Shown one piece after another: positions 11,823 through 23,793 of a stretch of 50,779 nt of DNA. The notes beneath the pieces were generated by a model. The model was not told the origin of the DNA. It saw only the letters and a program-made list of their open reading frames with translations, and made no database searches. Both the position numbers and the translations under genes were made by a program. Source of the DNA: Polymyxa betae A26-41 (taxonomy: Eukaryota > Protista > Endomyxa: Phytomyxea); contig RBZT01000492.1 in assembly GCA_003693705.1 (NCBI GenBank), forward strand, positions 1-50,779, given 5' to 3'. Position 1 is the first letter of the stretch. Every line of letters begins with the position of its first letter.

Positions 11823-13824
11823 ATGACCGACCTGGCGACCTCATTTATTGATTTCGATGACGATTTCGATATGATGCAGTTCCATGGTAAGCACGCGTGG
11901 CTGCCGCCAAGGAAACCGAAACGCTGATCGACTCCGTAGTCTCCGATGACGAGACCTCAGCAGCGTCAGATTGGCCGCCCGCCCCGTCCCAGGTTGACTG
12001 GGATTTGGCATCTAGGGCGACGTCTGCAGTTGATTCGCTGCCATCATCTTCAGGTGACTACTGATTTCATAGGATCATTTGGGTTCAATGTAACATAAAC
12101 TGTTAGGGTTCCTCAATTGCTGGAAAGAAGGGCCGCTCCCCGACATCTTCAATCTGGATGATGATGTCTTGACCCCAGTCCCTGAATCGATGGGCGTTGA
12201 GTCGCAGGATTCAGCGTCCGAAGAAGAGTCGTCGAGGCCAGAGATGAAACGAAGCCCAAGGTCGACGACCAGCCGAAGGTGGACTGATGCTGAGGTTCGT
12301 TTCCAATTTGTCACATTGTCCTTCAAGACTTGGTTTCTTCACTGCATGTTTTTGTTTCGTAGCCATGTCCACATTTTCCGGGTTTCTAACTGAATTTTTT
12401 TTATTTGATCGTATTTGCTATCCAATACAGGCTGATTTCTTCGCGACTTGTTTAAATCTAATTGTTGTCAGATTCGGGCCTTGAAAGAGGCTGTAGCCGA
12501 ATATGGGACCGGCAATTGGAAGACCATCCAGTCTGATCCTAAATACGTGTCATTGCTTGGCGATCGTGTCAAGTCCTCGCTCCACAGGAAATGGAGTCGA
12601 TTAAAGGCTAAGGTATTGCGAATGATTTTTCACACTTGACCTTTTATAACTTGGCTTTTGCGTCAGTCGTTGAAAGAAGGCGGGCAGTTGAATCTTCTCC
12701 CCAAACCTGACTCTAAGCCATCGTTCAAATTAACCTCGCTGCCGACTTCTGCTCCTCAAGACATCAAAAGAGTAACGCCCATAGAACAACCTTCACGATC
12801 GCCTTTCCATGTCGGGTCGTGGTCGTTCGAATCAGCTCATGTATGTATTGGCAATCGTCTGTGTTCGAAACCTTTATCTAAGCATGCTCATTTTCGTCAG
12901 TCGTCCATTAACCGAAACTGTATGGCTCAGTCACTACCAGCGCAGTCATTTCAGTTTCAATGGAGCCCAATGAATCCCGGCGAACGATCGCAGCCGCCTA
13001 TCTCAAGGACGACCCAACCTCCAAGTCAGTGTCAACATCGTGTCTCGACCTCTAATTATCTTACTTTGGTTGAGTAGTGGGATTCCAACCTGGTTCGGCT
13101 CCCCATCCTGTACATATGGCTGTCTGTGTGGATCCGGCTGCGCCGCCGCCATCGCCTTTTGTCCCTCCGAAACAGCGATACCCATCTTTCGCCACGGTAC
13201 GGTTCATCAGCGCTTTCATTCATGACTACTGATATTGCTTAGAATCCTCTAGCACCTTCGACATCGCCATCTAGACGGTCTAGTCTGAGTTCTCAGACGT
13301 TGCCAAAAACTCATGGGCTCAGTACTCTGCCAATGTCGAATCCACTTGGGTTAGGTTCTCAGACGCTATCTAATTCGCATGGTCTATCGCAATCTCTGCC
13401 AAAGTCGCGTCCTGTTCCGATCCCGAATAGCGTGAATTCTCAAAACAAAGCTCGTCGGTGGACGTCAGCGCAGGCGCAAGTCCTTGTCCAGGCCGTTTCG
13501 GCCCACGGTGAATCCAGGTGGAGGGAGATTCTAAATGATGAGAAGTGGGTGACATTCAAATCTGAAATATAGCAACTGTTGACCACATCTAGGTATGCAT
13601 CGTTCTTTGCTGGCAGGAGTCCACAGTCGCTTGTACGGAAATGGAACCGAATACAGACGAATTCAGCAAAGCATTTGGGGGCATCATGTCCACAGACACC
13701 GCCCATGTCATCTCCAAAGCAAGAGGTTTGTTACTCGTTATGTCTCGGAGCGAGTTCTAATTTTATAATTGTGCAGGAGTTGATGGATTTTGAAGACAAT
13801 CTGTTAACTGATAATTTACTGTGA
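11823..13824 (+). CDS. Two-domain Myb/SANT protein (TRF/telobox-like Myb domains), multi-exon
   Basis: RRWTDAE|IRALKEAVAEYGTGNWKTIQSDPKY..HRKWSRL and RRWTSAQAQVLVQAVSAHGESRWREILNDEK|YASFFAGRSPQSLVRKWNRI, separated by an S/P-rich linker. Confidence 0.8.
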
Positions 13825-13982
13825 ATTAGACATGGTGTTTCAGTTTCAGATCCCGATCGTGGGAGCCGTTGGGGTCATTGTATTGTAATAAAAAATACAA
13901 GGAAATATATTAATGCAATAACAAAAACAGAGTCATTGTACACATTTATAGAAGCTCTAACCTTCAAAACATGGTCTTAGGC

Positions 13983-15479
13983 TCATTGCTGAACCTGTGC
14001 TTGAAGTTCTTCGTTTTGAGACTGCAGAAAATTACAGGTTTCACGAAGATTGTCGACTTCAGCTTCAACAGATCGGAGCCGCTCCAACTCCTTCAGTGTT
14101 GCAACATCATCCAATTCTGCTTTCGCATTGGTAGCTTTTTCAGCTTCATAGGAAACAATCATGCCACGCAGACCTTCATTGTCCAGCTTCAATCTGGCGT
14201 TCTGTGGAACCAGGATCAGTTGTCAGAGTACAAAATGGTTGGAACAAAGCAACCTCAGCGGACATCGCCGCGATTTGATTCTGCAGCTCGCTGAGCCTCG
14301 TCTCCAGTCCAGATCGCTCGGAGCGAAGCCTGGCTGAATCTGAATGCAGCAAGGACACCTCCTGCTGAAGCAAAGTCATCAACTCCTGGCTCTGTTTCAG
14401 CCTGGTAGAAAGCTACAAAAGATGCTTAGCAAACGACAGAACGAAATCAGCAGGATATCATGCCTTTATCTTTTCTTCTTTCAAACTGTTGCAAAATTTC
14501 ACCAATTCGAATGGGTCAGGTTTGGACGCAGATGTCTGGTTTGAAACGCGACCAAAAGCATTTTGCCATTCGAGTAATTGATCTTCCAATTGATGGACGT
14601 TTTCACTCAATTTTGCATACTCAGCTAATGATCTTTCTAACCTAATAAATAAGCTCACATCAGAGAGACTGAGAAGCAATCTGAGCAGAAGCTAACCGGG
14701 AGTTTTTATCCTCAAGGCCTATGATCTGTTCTTCTTTCAATCTAGTTTCAGAGGCAATGCTGCGAAGTCGTTGCAGCTCCTTTTCCATTTCGCCCAGCTT
14801 TAACTGATCGACGGCCGTTAATCTGAGCTCTTCGATCTATATTGAAAACATGATGATCAGAAAAGTTTGCTCTGTCCAGATAAAAAGCATGGCAAATGGC
14901 AAGAGCTAAAACAAGCATGAACTGATCATAGACAAAACAGCTGAAAACAAGATGAATTAATCAAAGCCCAGGAAAGCATTACCAAAGTCTACACGAAACA
15001 AAAGAAACAGAGGACTGTTAGCTGACATTTTGCATTTGAGAATCCCGATGTCTTTGCAATCGTTCAATTTCAAGTCGCAGCTCGGCAATGGTCTCGTTAT
15101 TTTCACGAACCTCGTCGCGAAGAGAAGTCATTTCGTTCTCGATTCGCGCACGATCGAACGCATCCTGCAGCAACCTATCCGAGCGATCCTGCAGATATTG
15201 CAGCTGGCTCTCCAACGAGATGATTTTCGCTCGATTTCTCCCAGATTCGCCTTCGTTCTCAGCTTTCATTTGCGCTAGGCTAGCCTGGCAGGCGCTGTCG
15301 ACTTGAGCCTGAGCATGTCGGGCTGCATCTCGAGCCTGCTCGGTCTGGGCCAGCTTGGCCTGGAGCTTTGCGATGTCAGCCTGGGCCTGATCCAGGGACT
15401 GCAGCAGATAGCGTTGCTGGACGCGCAGACAAGATATTCGACCCTGGACGCCCTTATCGTCGCTGTCATTGACAGCCAT
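13983..15479 (-). CDS. Coiled-coil protein resembling the N-terminal/middle part of MAD1; about 5 exons
   Basis: LKEEQIIGLEDKNSRLERSLAEYAKL..LEDQLLEWQ..PFELVKFCNSL and DNEGLRGMIVSYEAE parallel the MAD1 segments LLQEELEGLQRKLGR..LQSWE..PEDLSRFVVEL and ERDGMRAILGSYDSE (recalled human MAD1). Confidence 0.6.
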
Positions 15480-15827
15480 CTGCAGGTCGCCCTTTTTCCG
15501 ATCGCGACTGATTCACGCAAATGGGGTCGTCCAGAGGGATTTTTGCCTAAACCTTTATTGCAATCTTCGCTGCATCGAAAAGCTGAAATATTTCGATATC
15601 TATCAACTTCCCAATCACAGTTTAGATATCTTCTCAATGCTCAGTCAATAGTGAACGATGTGATAGGGCTGGTTGGAAAAATCGCAATGGGTCTCGCTCC
15701 AGCCGAATCTATTCGGCAATACGGGATCAGCGGTCATGCAGTTATTATAAAAGATTGTTTTAGTTATTCTGCATTGGGAAGAAGCTTTACATGAAGAATC
15801 GGAATTGTGATTCGTTTATTAATGAGT

Positions 15828-16661
15828 TTAAGCTTGGGCCTGGTTATTGGCAGTAGCCAGAAGGTTATCAATCATGTCAGTCCATTGGTTGATAGTCCAA
15901 CTGGAGTTGATACTTGGTACGATCAAACCGTTCACGATGAACGTTGGCGATTCATGAACGCCTATTGAACAATTTGAGAAAGTAAAAATAATAGTTGAAT
16001 CAATTACCGTTTTGACGACCGAATTTTGTATGATCTTTGACAAGGCGAACAGTCTTATCGTCAGTCAGGGCTTTGAGGAATGCTTCACGTCTAACCGCAG
16101 CGACCTTGAAGAACCAACTTAGACGATCAAGCGGCATTTGGTGACAAAAAACGTTTTGAAACAGAGGTGGAACACACTCTTCTATCACAAAAATATTTGT
16201 CAATAAACGCAAGCATGGTTGATATTTCGTACCTCTTGTGCAGCATCAGCAAGACGCGATTCAATCTGCTCTCGACTCTGTCTATAGACTTTATCATCAA
16301 GAAAGTCACTCTGATGTTCGTAAAGCCATGAAGTGAACTTGAACCATTTCTCATCGGATCCGCCAGAAGCTTTCTTTACCGCCGCGGCTGCCAACGCCAT
16401 CACATAGCCTTGCGGATGCCTGATATACAGCTTTAATTCCCAAATGGAAGCGATGATGTTTTAAGCAGACCATAGCTGGACCCAATCCAGCTTGCGAAAT
16501 TGGCACTGATTGCTATTGTATTTAGTCGAGACGGAGACCAGCGTATCCCAAGCCTTTTTCGAGAACGGACATGTCATATCCAAAGCGATTACGACAGATA
16601 CCAGGGGAAGGTTGCTAGCCCCAATCGATCCGCCAAGAAGATGCCCTATCATACCGCTCAT
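15828..16661 (-). CDS. DsbA-like thioredoxin-fold protein (CPFS motif), 4 exons
   Basis: IALDMTCPFSKKAW, VQLW|HPQ and GRQN|GVHESPTFIVNG, typical of the eukaryotic DsbA/thioredoxin_4 family. Confidence 0.85.
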
Positions 16662-17324
16662 TATCGACGACGACCTGACAATATTGACACTGAATTACGT
16701 TAAGTGATTTTTATGCGATTTCTTCATTGCTGCCAAAGCTCTCATGATAGTGACAGTGTTTTCTGTGCTGATTATTTCATAATTCACGTATGTCGATCAT
16801 ACATACGTCTCCAAAGCAGAGGAATACAGTAAGTCTAATGATAAACATGCAGTTGATCAAGATCGTTCATCGATCTGATTACTTGTGAAAGAGCAATCAA
16901 ATCGTCACGCAATTGATTAAATTTGGGAGGACATTGCTCATGCGAAACTGACGTTTCAGTTTTTATGAGAATAATATTCGATGCATTAAGAAATACATCT
17001 TCACAGGGAACTGCATTTGTTGGTTATACTGTGTTGGCGGTTGTTTTCAAATGTATTGCTGTTTGACAGTTCATTTGGTATAGTAACATTATCGTTTGCT
17101 AATCCAGCAAGCCTCCAGCCATCCAAACCGATACACTTTTTTGCACGATTTTGCGTGAATACAAAAAGTGCAATAATCTACGCACTTTAATTCAAAAAGT
17201 GCAAGATTCTTCGCACTTTTTAAAGAAGTTCCCCTAAAATTCAGCGTGAGTTTTGCTCGATATGTTCCCAAAATCTTGAGACTTGTCACAGTTTTTCCTT
17301 CTCTCGCGCGATACTGTCGTAATC

Positions 17325-19246
17325 ATGATTCGAGCCAGTGTTCGACTGCTCTTGTCCAGTACCGGCCCAAGGACTCATTACATTTTCAACCGGACAAGGT
17401 CTGTCCATGTTCTATCGGCATGGACAGGATTTCGTTCAGAACGCCACTCGTACCGATTCATGTCGAAAAAAGTCGATGTACCGTCAATGGGAGATTCAAT
17501 CACTGAAGGAACGATTTCACAATGGGTCGTAAAAGAAGGCGATTCGGTCAATGCTGATGATGTTGTTTGCGTTATCGAAACCGATAAAGTCAGCATTGAT
17601 GTTCGAGCCCCTGTTTCCGGTAAGGTCACCAAGCATCTGGCTGAAAGCGATTCCGTCGTTGGAGTTGGTGCGCCATTGTTTGAGATCGAAGAAGGAGAAG
17701 GTGCCCCGGCCAAACCTGCTGAACCGAGTGCCGAGCCCCCAAAGAAGAAGGAGCCTGCAGCAGCAGCTGCTGCTGCTGCTACCGAAAAGCCTGCAAAGAG
17801 AGAGCCTGAGAAGAAATCGAGCAAGTCTGTTGCTGCTGATAAGGAGAAACCCAGTATGTTGCGCTATCTCATTTTGGTATTCTCCCATTTTGTTTTCACT
17901 CAGCTTTTCACACTTCTGCCTTGCTATTTTCTACTTTGTTATATCTCAAATGTGATCATATTTTTTTCCTAAACCTCTTTGCTTTCTATTTTGTGTCCTT
18001 ATTGTTGCCACTATATCGCTTTCTACATTTGCAATCTTTTCCTCCGGCTGACTTGAATCAATAGCTACATCTGCTATGAAAGTAGCGGGTGGCGAGGGAA
18101 CTGAAAAGCGAATTCCGATGACGCGCATGCGTGTTCGAATTGCCGAACGTCTTAAGGAAGCCCAGAACACTGCTGCTTCATTAACGACGTTTAACGAAAT
18201 TGACATGAGTGCATTGATGTCTCTCAGAAAAAAACACAAAGATCTATTCCAAGTAACTGACTTTCTTACTGCGTGTTGCTTGTTCAACGTTGTTCTTTCC
18301 AGGAAGTGCATGGAGCGAAGCTTGGGTTTATGTCAGCATTCGTGAAGGCTTCGGTAAAGGCTCTTCGAGAGCAGCCTGCTGTCAATGCTTACATTGAAGG
18401 CAAAGAGGTGCAGTTATTACGCCGTTGTTTGCTTATCTCGAAATTCGTCGTGTTAGAAGCAAACTCTCCATTTCTGCCTACTGTGCTTTTGCTTTGTTCT
18501 ACCCTCATCTTCCGTTTTGCAATCGTGTGATCCTTCAAACCAATATGCTCATATGTTCGTCTTAGATTGTCTATCACGATTATGTTGATATCTCTGTTGC
18601 AGTGGCAACGCCGACCGGTCTTGTTGTCCCTGTTCTTCGCAACTGCCACACTATGTCATTTGCAGACGTTGAACATGCTATTGTCGCTCTTGGTTTGCGC
18701 TTGTTATCTAATTGATGTCATCTCATGCTCTATCAGGGAAGAAAGCCCGCGATGGACAGTTAGCATTAGAAGACATGGCAGGAGGTACCTTTACAATTTC
18801 TAATGGAGGTATCATATTGTTATTCAGCCGTTATACAATATCCATAATTGCTTTAGGTGTATATGGCTCTTTGTTCGGCACTCCAATATTAAACCCACCT
18901 CAATCCGCTATTCTTGGGATGCATGGCATTTTCGACAGGTAGAATCAGCGTTTCAATCGCTAGATGTATCCGGTTTCTGGCTGAATTGTCATAATTTCAC
19001 CCTAAGCTGACATTACTCATCTTATTTTGCTTTTTGTCACTGGGGTGTTTCTAATCATCTACTGGAACTGGTCACATTTTCTTTTGTAGGCCAATAGCTG
19101 TGAATGGCGAAATCAAGATCCGTCCTTTGATGTACATCGCTCTTACGTACGATCATCGGATCATCGACGGTCGTGAAGCTGTAACTTTCCTCAAATCTGT
19201 CAAGGAATCTATTGAAGACCCGTCTCGTCTTCTTCTAGAATTGTGA
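17325..19246 (+). CDS. DLST: Dihydrolipoamide succinyltransferase, E2 of 2-oxoglutarate dehydrogenase, multi-exon
   Basis: Transit peptide, lipoyl domain ([18 protein letters not shown]), [38 protein letters not shown]|[22 protein letters not shown] and [14 protein letters not shown]. Confidence 0.97.
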
Positions 19247-19413
19247 TATTCTCAATACAATTTTAAATGTTTACCCAATTCGTGTCCCTGTATTTAGCTC
19301 CTACATGATTCCTAAGACTTCATTCTCTAAGGAAACCGACAGCTTCTAAACCATCCAACCTTTCTAGTTCCGTTTTTTCAAGCTCTCGAAATAAATATGT
19401 AATTGAATATACA

Positions 19414-20943
19414 TTAAAGGAAGATTCGAATAACTTCAGTGACAGAATCGTTACAGACAGGGCATCGTTTCCATTTTGTTGCAAAATAACATGCGCCACA
19501 TAGACATAGATGTCTACAGGGCATTGTCAAATACGACTTCTGATTCGACCAGCATACGACACACGCCTTCTCATATTGCTCGGACTCGTCATCATTCGTT
19601 TCTATGCTCGGGGCCAGCGGTGCCGAATCAGCGGTCGAAGCCGGTGTCGTTCGGGTTCGGGCTCGGACGTCACCCCGTCTTCGCAAGCGTAGCTCTTTTG
19701 TCGTCCTTAGATAATGGTCGCAGATCTCGATTTGTCTCTGTAATCGCTTCCATACGTCAGCTTCGACAGCGGCTGGATTGCGTCCCAGCGAAGCTGCTAC
19801 AACGCAGCGACGATTAACTTCTTGCTGGCGAACCGTCATCTGATCTTTGGCAGTGTTCAAATCGGCGACAAGATTGGCGCTTTGCGTTAGAAAGGCATCA
19901 TCGTTCAACAAATCGGACTTCATCAGCGCTTCTAATCGATCTTGGAAGGGCATGGCACCACAATATTTATAGGCGGCAGATCGGCAGATTCCTAAAGGCA
20001 ACCAGACCTTTGGCTCCAATATATGTACAATGACATTCGGGAATTTGATCTGCACCTGTTGGAGTTTAGTGCCTATGGTTCGTAGCACTCAAATTTGTAC
20101 CTCGTGCTCACTAGCAAGGAATTTGACTTCATTGGTCCATCCGAGACTATAGTCGCAAGCATGTCTCGATTTCAACAATCGAGTTAACGCTTTCAGGGGC
20201 GAACAAATTCGAATTTCCAGAGCGGTCGCTGTGGCTTTCCCAATACCATACGACCGACGCTCTCCTTCCGACACGCTTACAGCAAAGCCAGCTGATTGAA
20301 GCCGGTGAAATTCAATCCCATCTAGTAGTGCTTGATACATGGAAGGACCAGCTTGACGAGCGAGACTTTGCAGCGTTTTCCGTGAGCCAGGCTCTTTGGT
20401 TTTCAAATCGACTCGACCTGCCTTCGCCAAAGATCGTAAAGCTCCAGCGTTGTGGACCCGAACCGCTAATGTCGCCATCGACGCCGACAAGCGCTGCATC
20501 CGATCCAAAAAGACGGTCATGCAGCGAACCGAACGTAATTTAATGGCGACCGAAGCAGCAGCGCTTATTTCAGCCTGGGTTGGGAGATTATAAGCCAAGA
20601 AACATTCGCAGATGGCAGCCCGATCCCGAACGACAGCCCAAATTAGAGCCGTCCATCCTTTCCAGTCAACAAGCTGAGTTCAATTTCAGAGGTCTCCTTT
20701 GCAGTTCACTTCAATTTGAATTACCCTCGGGTCTGCGCCTGCGTCAAGCAAATGCTCTCTGTAAAAGTAAGCTTCGATTGCTGTTTGATTTTTGCGATTA
20801 GTTTACACGAGGTTTAAATCGCCAAGCTCGGCGGCGATCATCAACGGTGTCCATCCTCGGCGGCAGCTCTGGACGTTGATGTACGAAGTGTCTGTCCACC
20901 AGGCCCGATTATGCAGAGCTACAAGCAGGACCGACTCCTCCAT
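19414..20943 (-). CDS. Ankyrin-repeat plus C-terminal C3HC4 RING (zf-C3HC4_3) protein, putative E3 ligase, 4 exons
   Basis: The spliced N-terminus is GWTPLMIAAELGDLNLV|EHLLDAGADPR|LVDWKGWTALIWAVVRDRAAICECFL (two ankyrin repeats). A 45-nt intron at 20056-20100 joins the two listed ORFs. It ends in CVVC..PCRHLCLCGAC..CPVC..IRIFL. Confidence 0.85.
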
Positions 20944-21257
20944 TTGCTAACCATCAAATCGTTATGGTCGTCTGATGGTACATAAAGGTCGCCAGGAGAT
21001 GAAGCCTTAATTAATAAGCGTCCTGATGTTCCAATTGTGACAGCCTGTTGCTTTCAGATCATGATTGGATTAAGTTTCGCAAAGCTCCTTTGTTTTTGAC
21101 GGAGTGACTTCATTGGCTAATGCCTTCGTGGTCAGCAAGCACAACATTTTCTTTCTACAGCGCCTTTAGAATGAAATTAACGATCCATAATTCGGTGTAA
21201 ATAGCCAGGTGTTTATCAGCTTCTGGTTTAAGATCACGCTGTCCAGACGAGTTGTCT

Positions 21258-21482
21258 TTAACGGCCTCCTGATGGTTTTCCAGGATGTTCTGGGTTTCTA
21301 GCTGCAGCCGCTTGGGCCCGTCCAACGAATCCTGTTTGTGTGGTTTTCGATTCTGGGTTGCGGTCTCCAGCCGACTGGATCTTTGACGCAGCTGTGTTGG
21401 TCATGGGCTCCGAGGTTGACTTTCCGGGTCCTGAGTTTGAACCAGCTACAGGAGCTGCTTGTGCTTGACCTCCGCGTGTCAT
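21258..21482 (-). CDS. Small SMP/LEA-like hydrophilin (copy A)
   Basis: MTRGGQAQ..PMTNTAASKIQSAGDRNPESKTTQTGFVGRAQAAAARN. The MT..AASxIQS..GFxxRAQAAA.N pattern resembles fungal-type SMP-domain proteins, and a paralog lies at 22684. Confidence 0.75.
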   Translation of the reverse strand: MTRGGQAQAAPVAGSNSGPGKSTSEPMTNTAASKIQSAGDRNPESKTTQTGFVGRAQAAAARNPEHPGKPSGGR

Positions 21483-22256
21483 GGTTTGTTCCCACTCTGA
21501 AACACGGTTCGGAGATTGCAAGACGATTACCACGAACGACTGGCTCTAAGTCGATCGAGATGATGACGACCCATTTCTGGAAGTGATTCGGATGGTCATT
21601 ATTTGATCGTATTGAAGACAACGGGAACGTCGTTTACGCCATTCATCCAGGTCGAATCGCTTCAAACTTTCAAGCTAAAGAAGTTCTGAATGCTAAGAAA
21701 TCCAATTCTTTGTGATCCACATAGCTAATGAAACTGTTACTTTCATTTCAAGTCGTCTGTTTCTTTGTTGGCGAGCTATTAACATGCTCAAATGCCCTGA
21801 ATACCTACCTATTCAAGAACTGCAGAATTTGCTGAACTCAGATCACGGAACTGTTTATTTCCCTCATGCTTTACTCGATGGACCAATAGCAAAGGTCAGA
21901 AACGGCACAGCAATCCTCATTTGACATGGACGTCTTATCGGTTGCCCTCAGAGCACAAAGCACAGATTTTAGAATCTTGCAAGCATTCACATCCTTTTAC
22001 TGCTTGAAGCTCAGATCAAACATCAGCGAAGATATACTGAATACTTGATCAGACTGTACGGCTGGCTGATGGCATGTTGAGGGTGACGGCAATCACCTGT
22101 ATACATCCCTCATGATCCAGAACTAATGCTTGAGCAGATATTCTCTCACAGACAGACCGATCTTTGAGCACTTAATTCTGTCACTTTTCTATTGCTTGTT
22201 GAGCGTAGATGGAGCGATAGGGTTAGGGTTCAGTAAAAGCTGCGATCATTCCACAA

Positions 22257-22276
22257 GGATTGGATTGGATTGGATT
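22257..22276 (+). repeat. (GGATT)4 microsatellite
   Basis: ggattggattggattggatt seen directly. Confidence 0.85.
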
Positions 22277-22683
22277 GCACTCTTTGTTCGTATTTTTCGG
22301 CAGAGTGGGCGGCACAATAACCCTTGTACGAGGCCTGAACCGAGGTCCAGGTTCTCCACCTTAATAATTCAGAGATAAATCGGCACATGAATGAAAATCG
22401 AAATTCAGCCCTTCGGAGGGCTTAGGGACTTTGACAGTGAAGGCAGCCAGCCACCTGTTGGCCCATTCCCTACAAGGAGTTGAACGCTGTATCTTCATGA
22501 TTACTCGAGAGAAGGGGTGCTGGCAAGCACCTGCATGACACAGCACGACCGAGCACAAGCCGGCAGCAGTCGTCATTCTATCTATAGTTAGGGCGCCACC
22601 GGGCCCTAATCTTTCTCCATATATTCAAAAGCGCCACATCACCTTCGGGACCATCACAGCGAACTTCATTCACGAACATCGTC

Positions 22684-22872
22684 ATGAAGTCAAGCAAGCC
22701 GTCAACATCTGCCAACTACCATACTGGAGGGAAAGTATCATCTCCCATGACGGGAGGCGCAGCATCACGAATTCAGTCGACCGGAGATCGTAACCAAGAA
22801 TCGGCGACTGCACAGACCGGATTTGCAGGACGCGCTCAAGCAGCAGCAGCCAACAATACCGGAAATAAATAA
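22684..22872 (+). CDS. Small SMP/LEA-like hydrophilin (copy B)
   Basis: PMTGGAASRIQSTGDRNQESATAQTGFAGRAQAAAANN, 29 of 38 core residues identical to copy A. Confidence 0.78.
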   Translation: MKSSKPSTSANYHTGGKVSSPMTGGAASRIQSTGDRNQESATAQTGFAGRAQAAAANNTGNK

Positions 22873-23478
22873 TTCCCAGATCGCATCTGACTTAACTTCT
22901 CGTTGAATTGGAATAAACAACTATCGCTCATCAATTGCTATTCTTTTGTTGTAAAGTAGCAATAGATTACCATCTTATCATACGATAAGTGACGCTCTGA
23001 ATGCAGCGCGTTTCTCTGCCAGATACTTGTCAGAATCGTGCGTTTTCGTAGAAAACTGCTGTATTTTTAATCCAAGGCTGACCTTGTTGCAAGGATGGCA
23101 TGAGAGTTTTTCTTGACGATGAATGCCACATAATTTTGCCATTGTGAACGCTTCTGAGGCAATGTTTTAAGCAGATCATTACCATTTTAAGGCAGGTAGT
23201 TTTTCGTCAAGGGCTCAGCATGGCCATGTGGCAAGCGTGTCCGAGAGAGCGAGCTCTTCATCAAATAGGAACATTCGCTTGAGAAAACTTTCGAATCCCG
23301 AGGTGTGGCAGACATCCTCAAGCGGCAGCAGCACGCTAAGAAGTAGTCATTGAAGACGTCGCTGTCTGCCACAACGCTGATCTCAGCTAATCAACCGGTT
23401 ACAAAACATCAATATTTGATAGACTATTTTATAGACCCAAAGAGCGATAATTGGGTATTTCCATTTCGAAACGAACTG

Positions 23479-23793
23479 TCATGCCTTGAACATCGTGTCA
23501 TTATTTGGCTGCTTTGCCTTCATTCTTGGATGCTTTGTCTGCATTCTTGGCTGTTTTGCCTTCTTTCTTGACTGCTGCTGATTGAGCTCGTCCTGCAAAT
23601 CCGCTCTGTGCAGTTGCGGAATCTTGCTGCGGTCATCGGCAGATTGGATTTGTAATCCATCGGGATCGGGGTCAGGTATGATGGTATAATGCCTTTCATA
23701 CTCCTGGGTGACACCCCTCGTCTTTCCTGCGGCGTATCCTTGATGAACAAGAATGGCACAAACGACAAAGATAAGAAGCTTGAACAACATCAT
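23479..23793 (-). CDS. Small secreted protein with signal peptide and basic 7-aa repeats
   Basis: MMLFKLLIFVVCAILVHQGYA signal-like N-terminus. KAKQPRM-QTKHPRM-KAKQP is encoded by a 21-bp tandem repeat. Confidence 0.6.
   Translation of the reverse strand: MMLFKLLIFVVCAILVHQGYAAGKTRGVTQEYERHYTIIPDPDPDGLQIQSADDRSKIPQLHRADLQDELNQQQSRKKAKQPRMQTKHPRMKAKQPNNDTMFKA

Noticed and set aside
16828-16885. Possible C/D-box snoRNA (ATGATAA..CTGA with a short terminal stem)
   Set aside because: The C box is imperfect, it is too short, and no guide target is evident.
20089-20091. Single in-frame TGA between ORFs 20089-20598 and 19414-20088, suggesting readthrough or selenocysteine
   Set aside because: The TGA lies inside a 45-nt phase-0 GT-AG intron (20056-20100).
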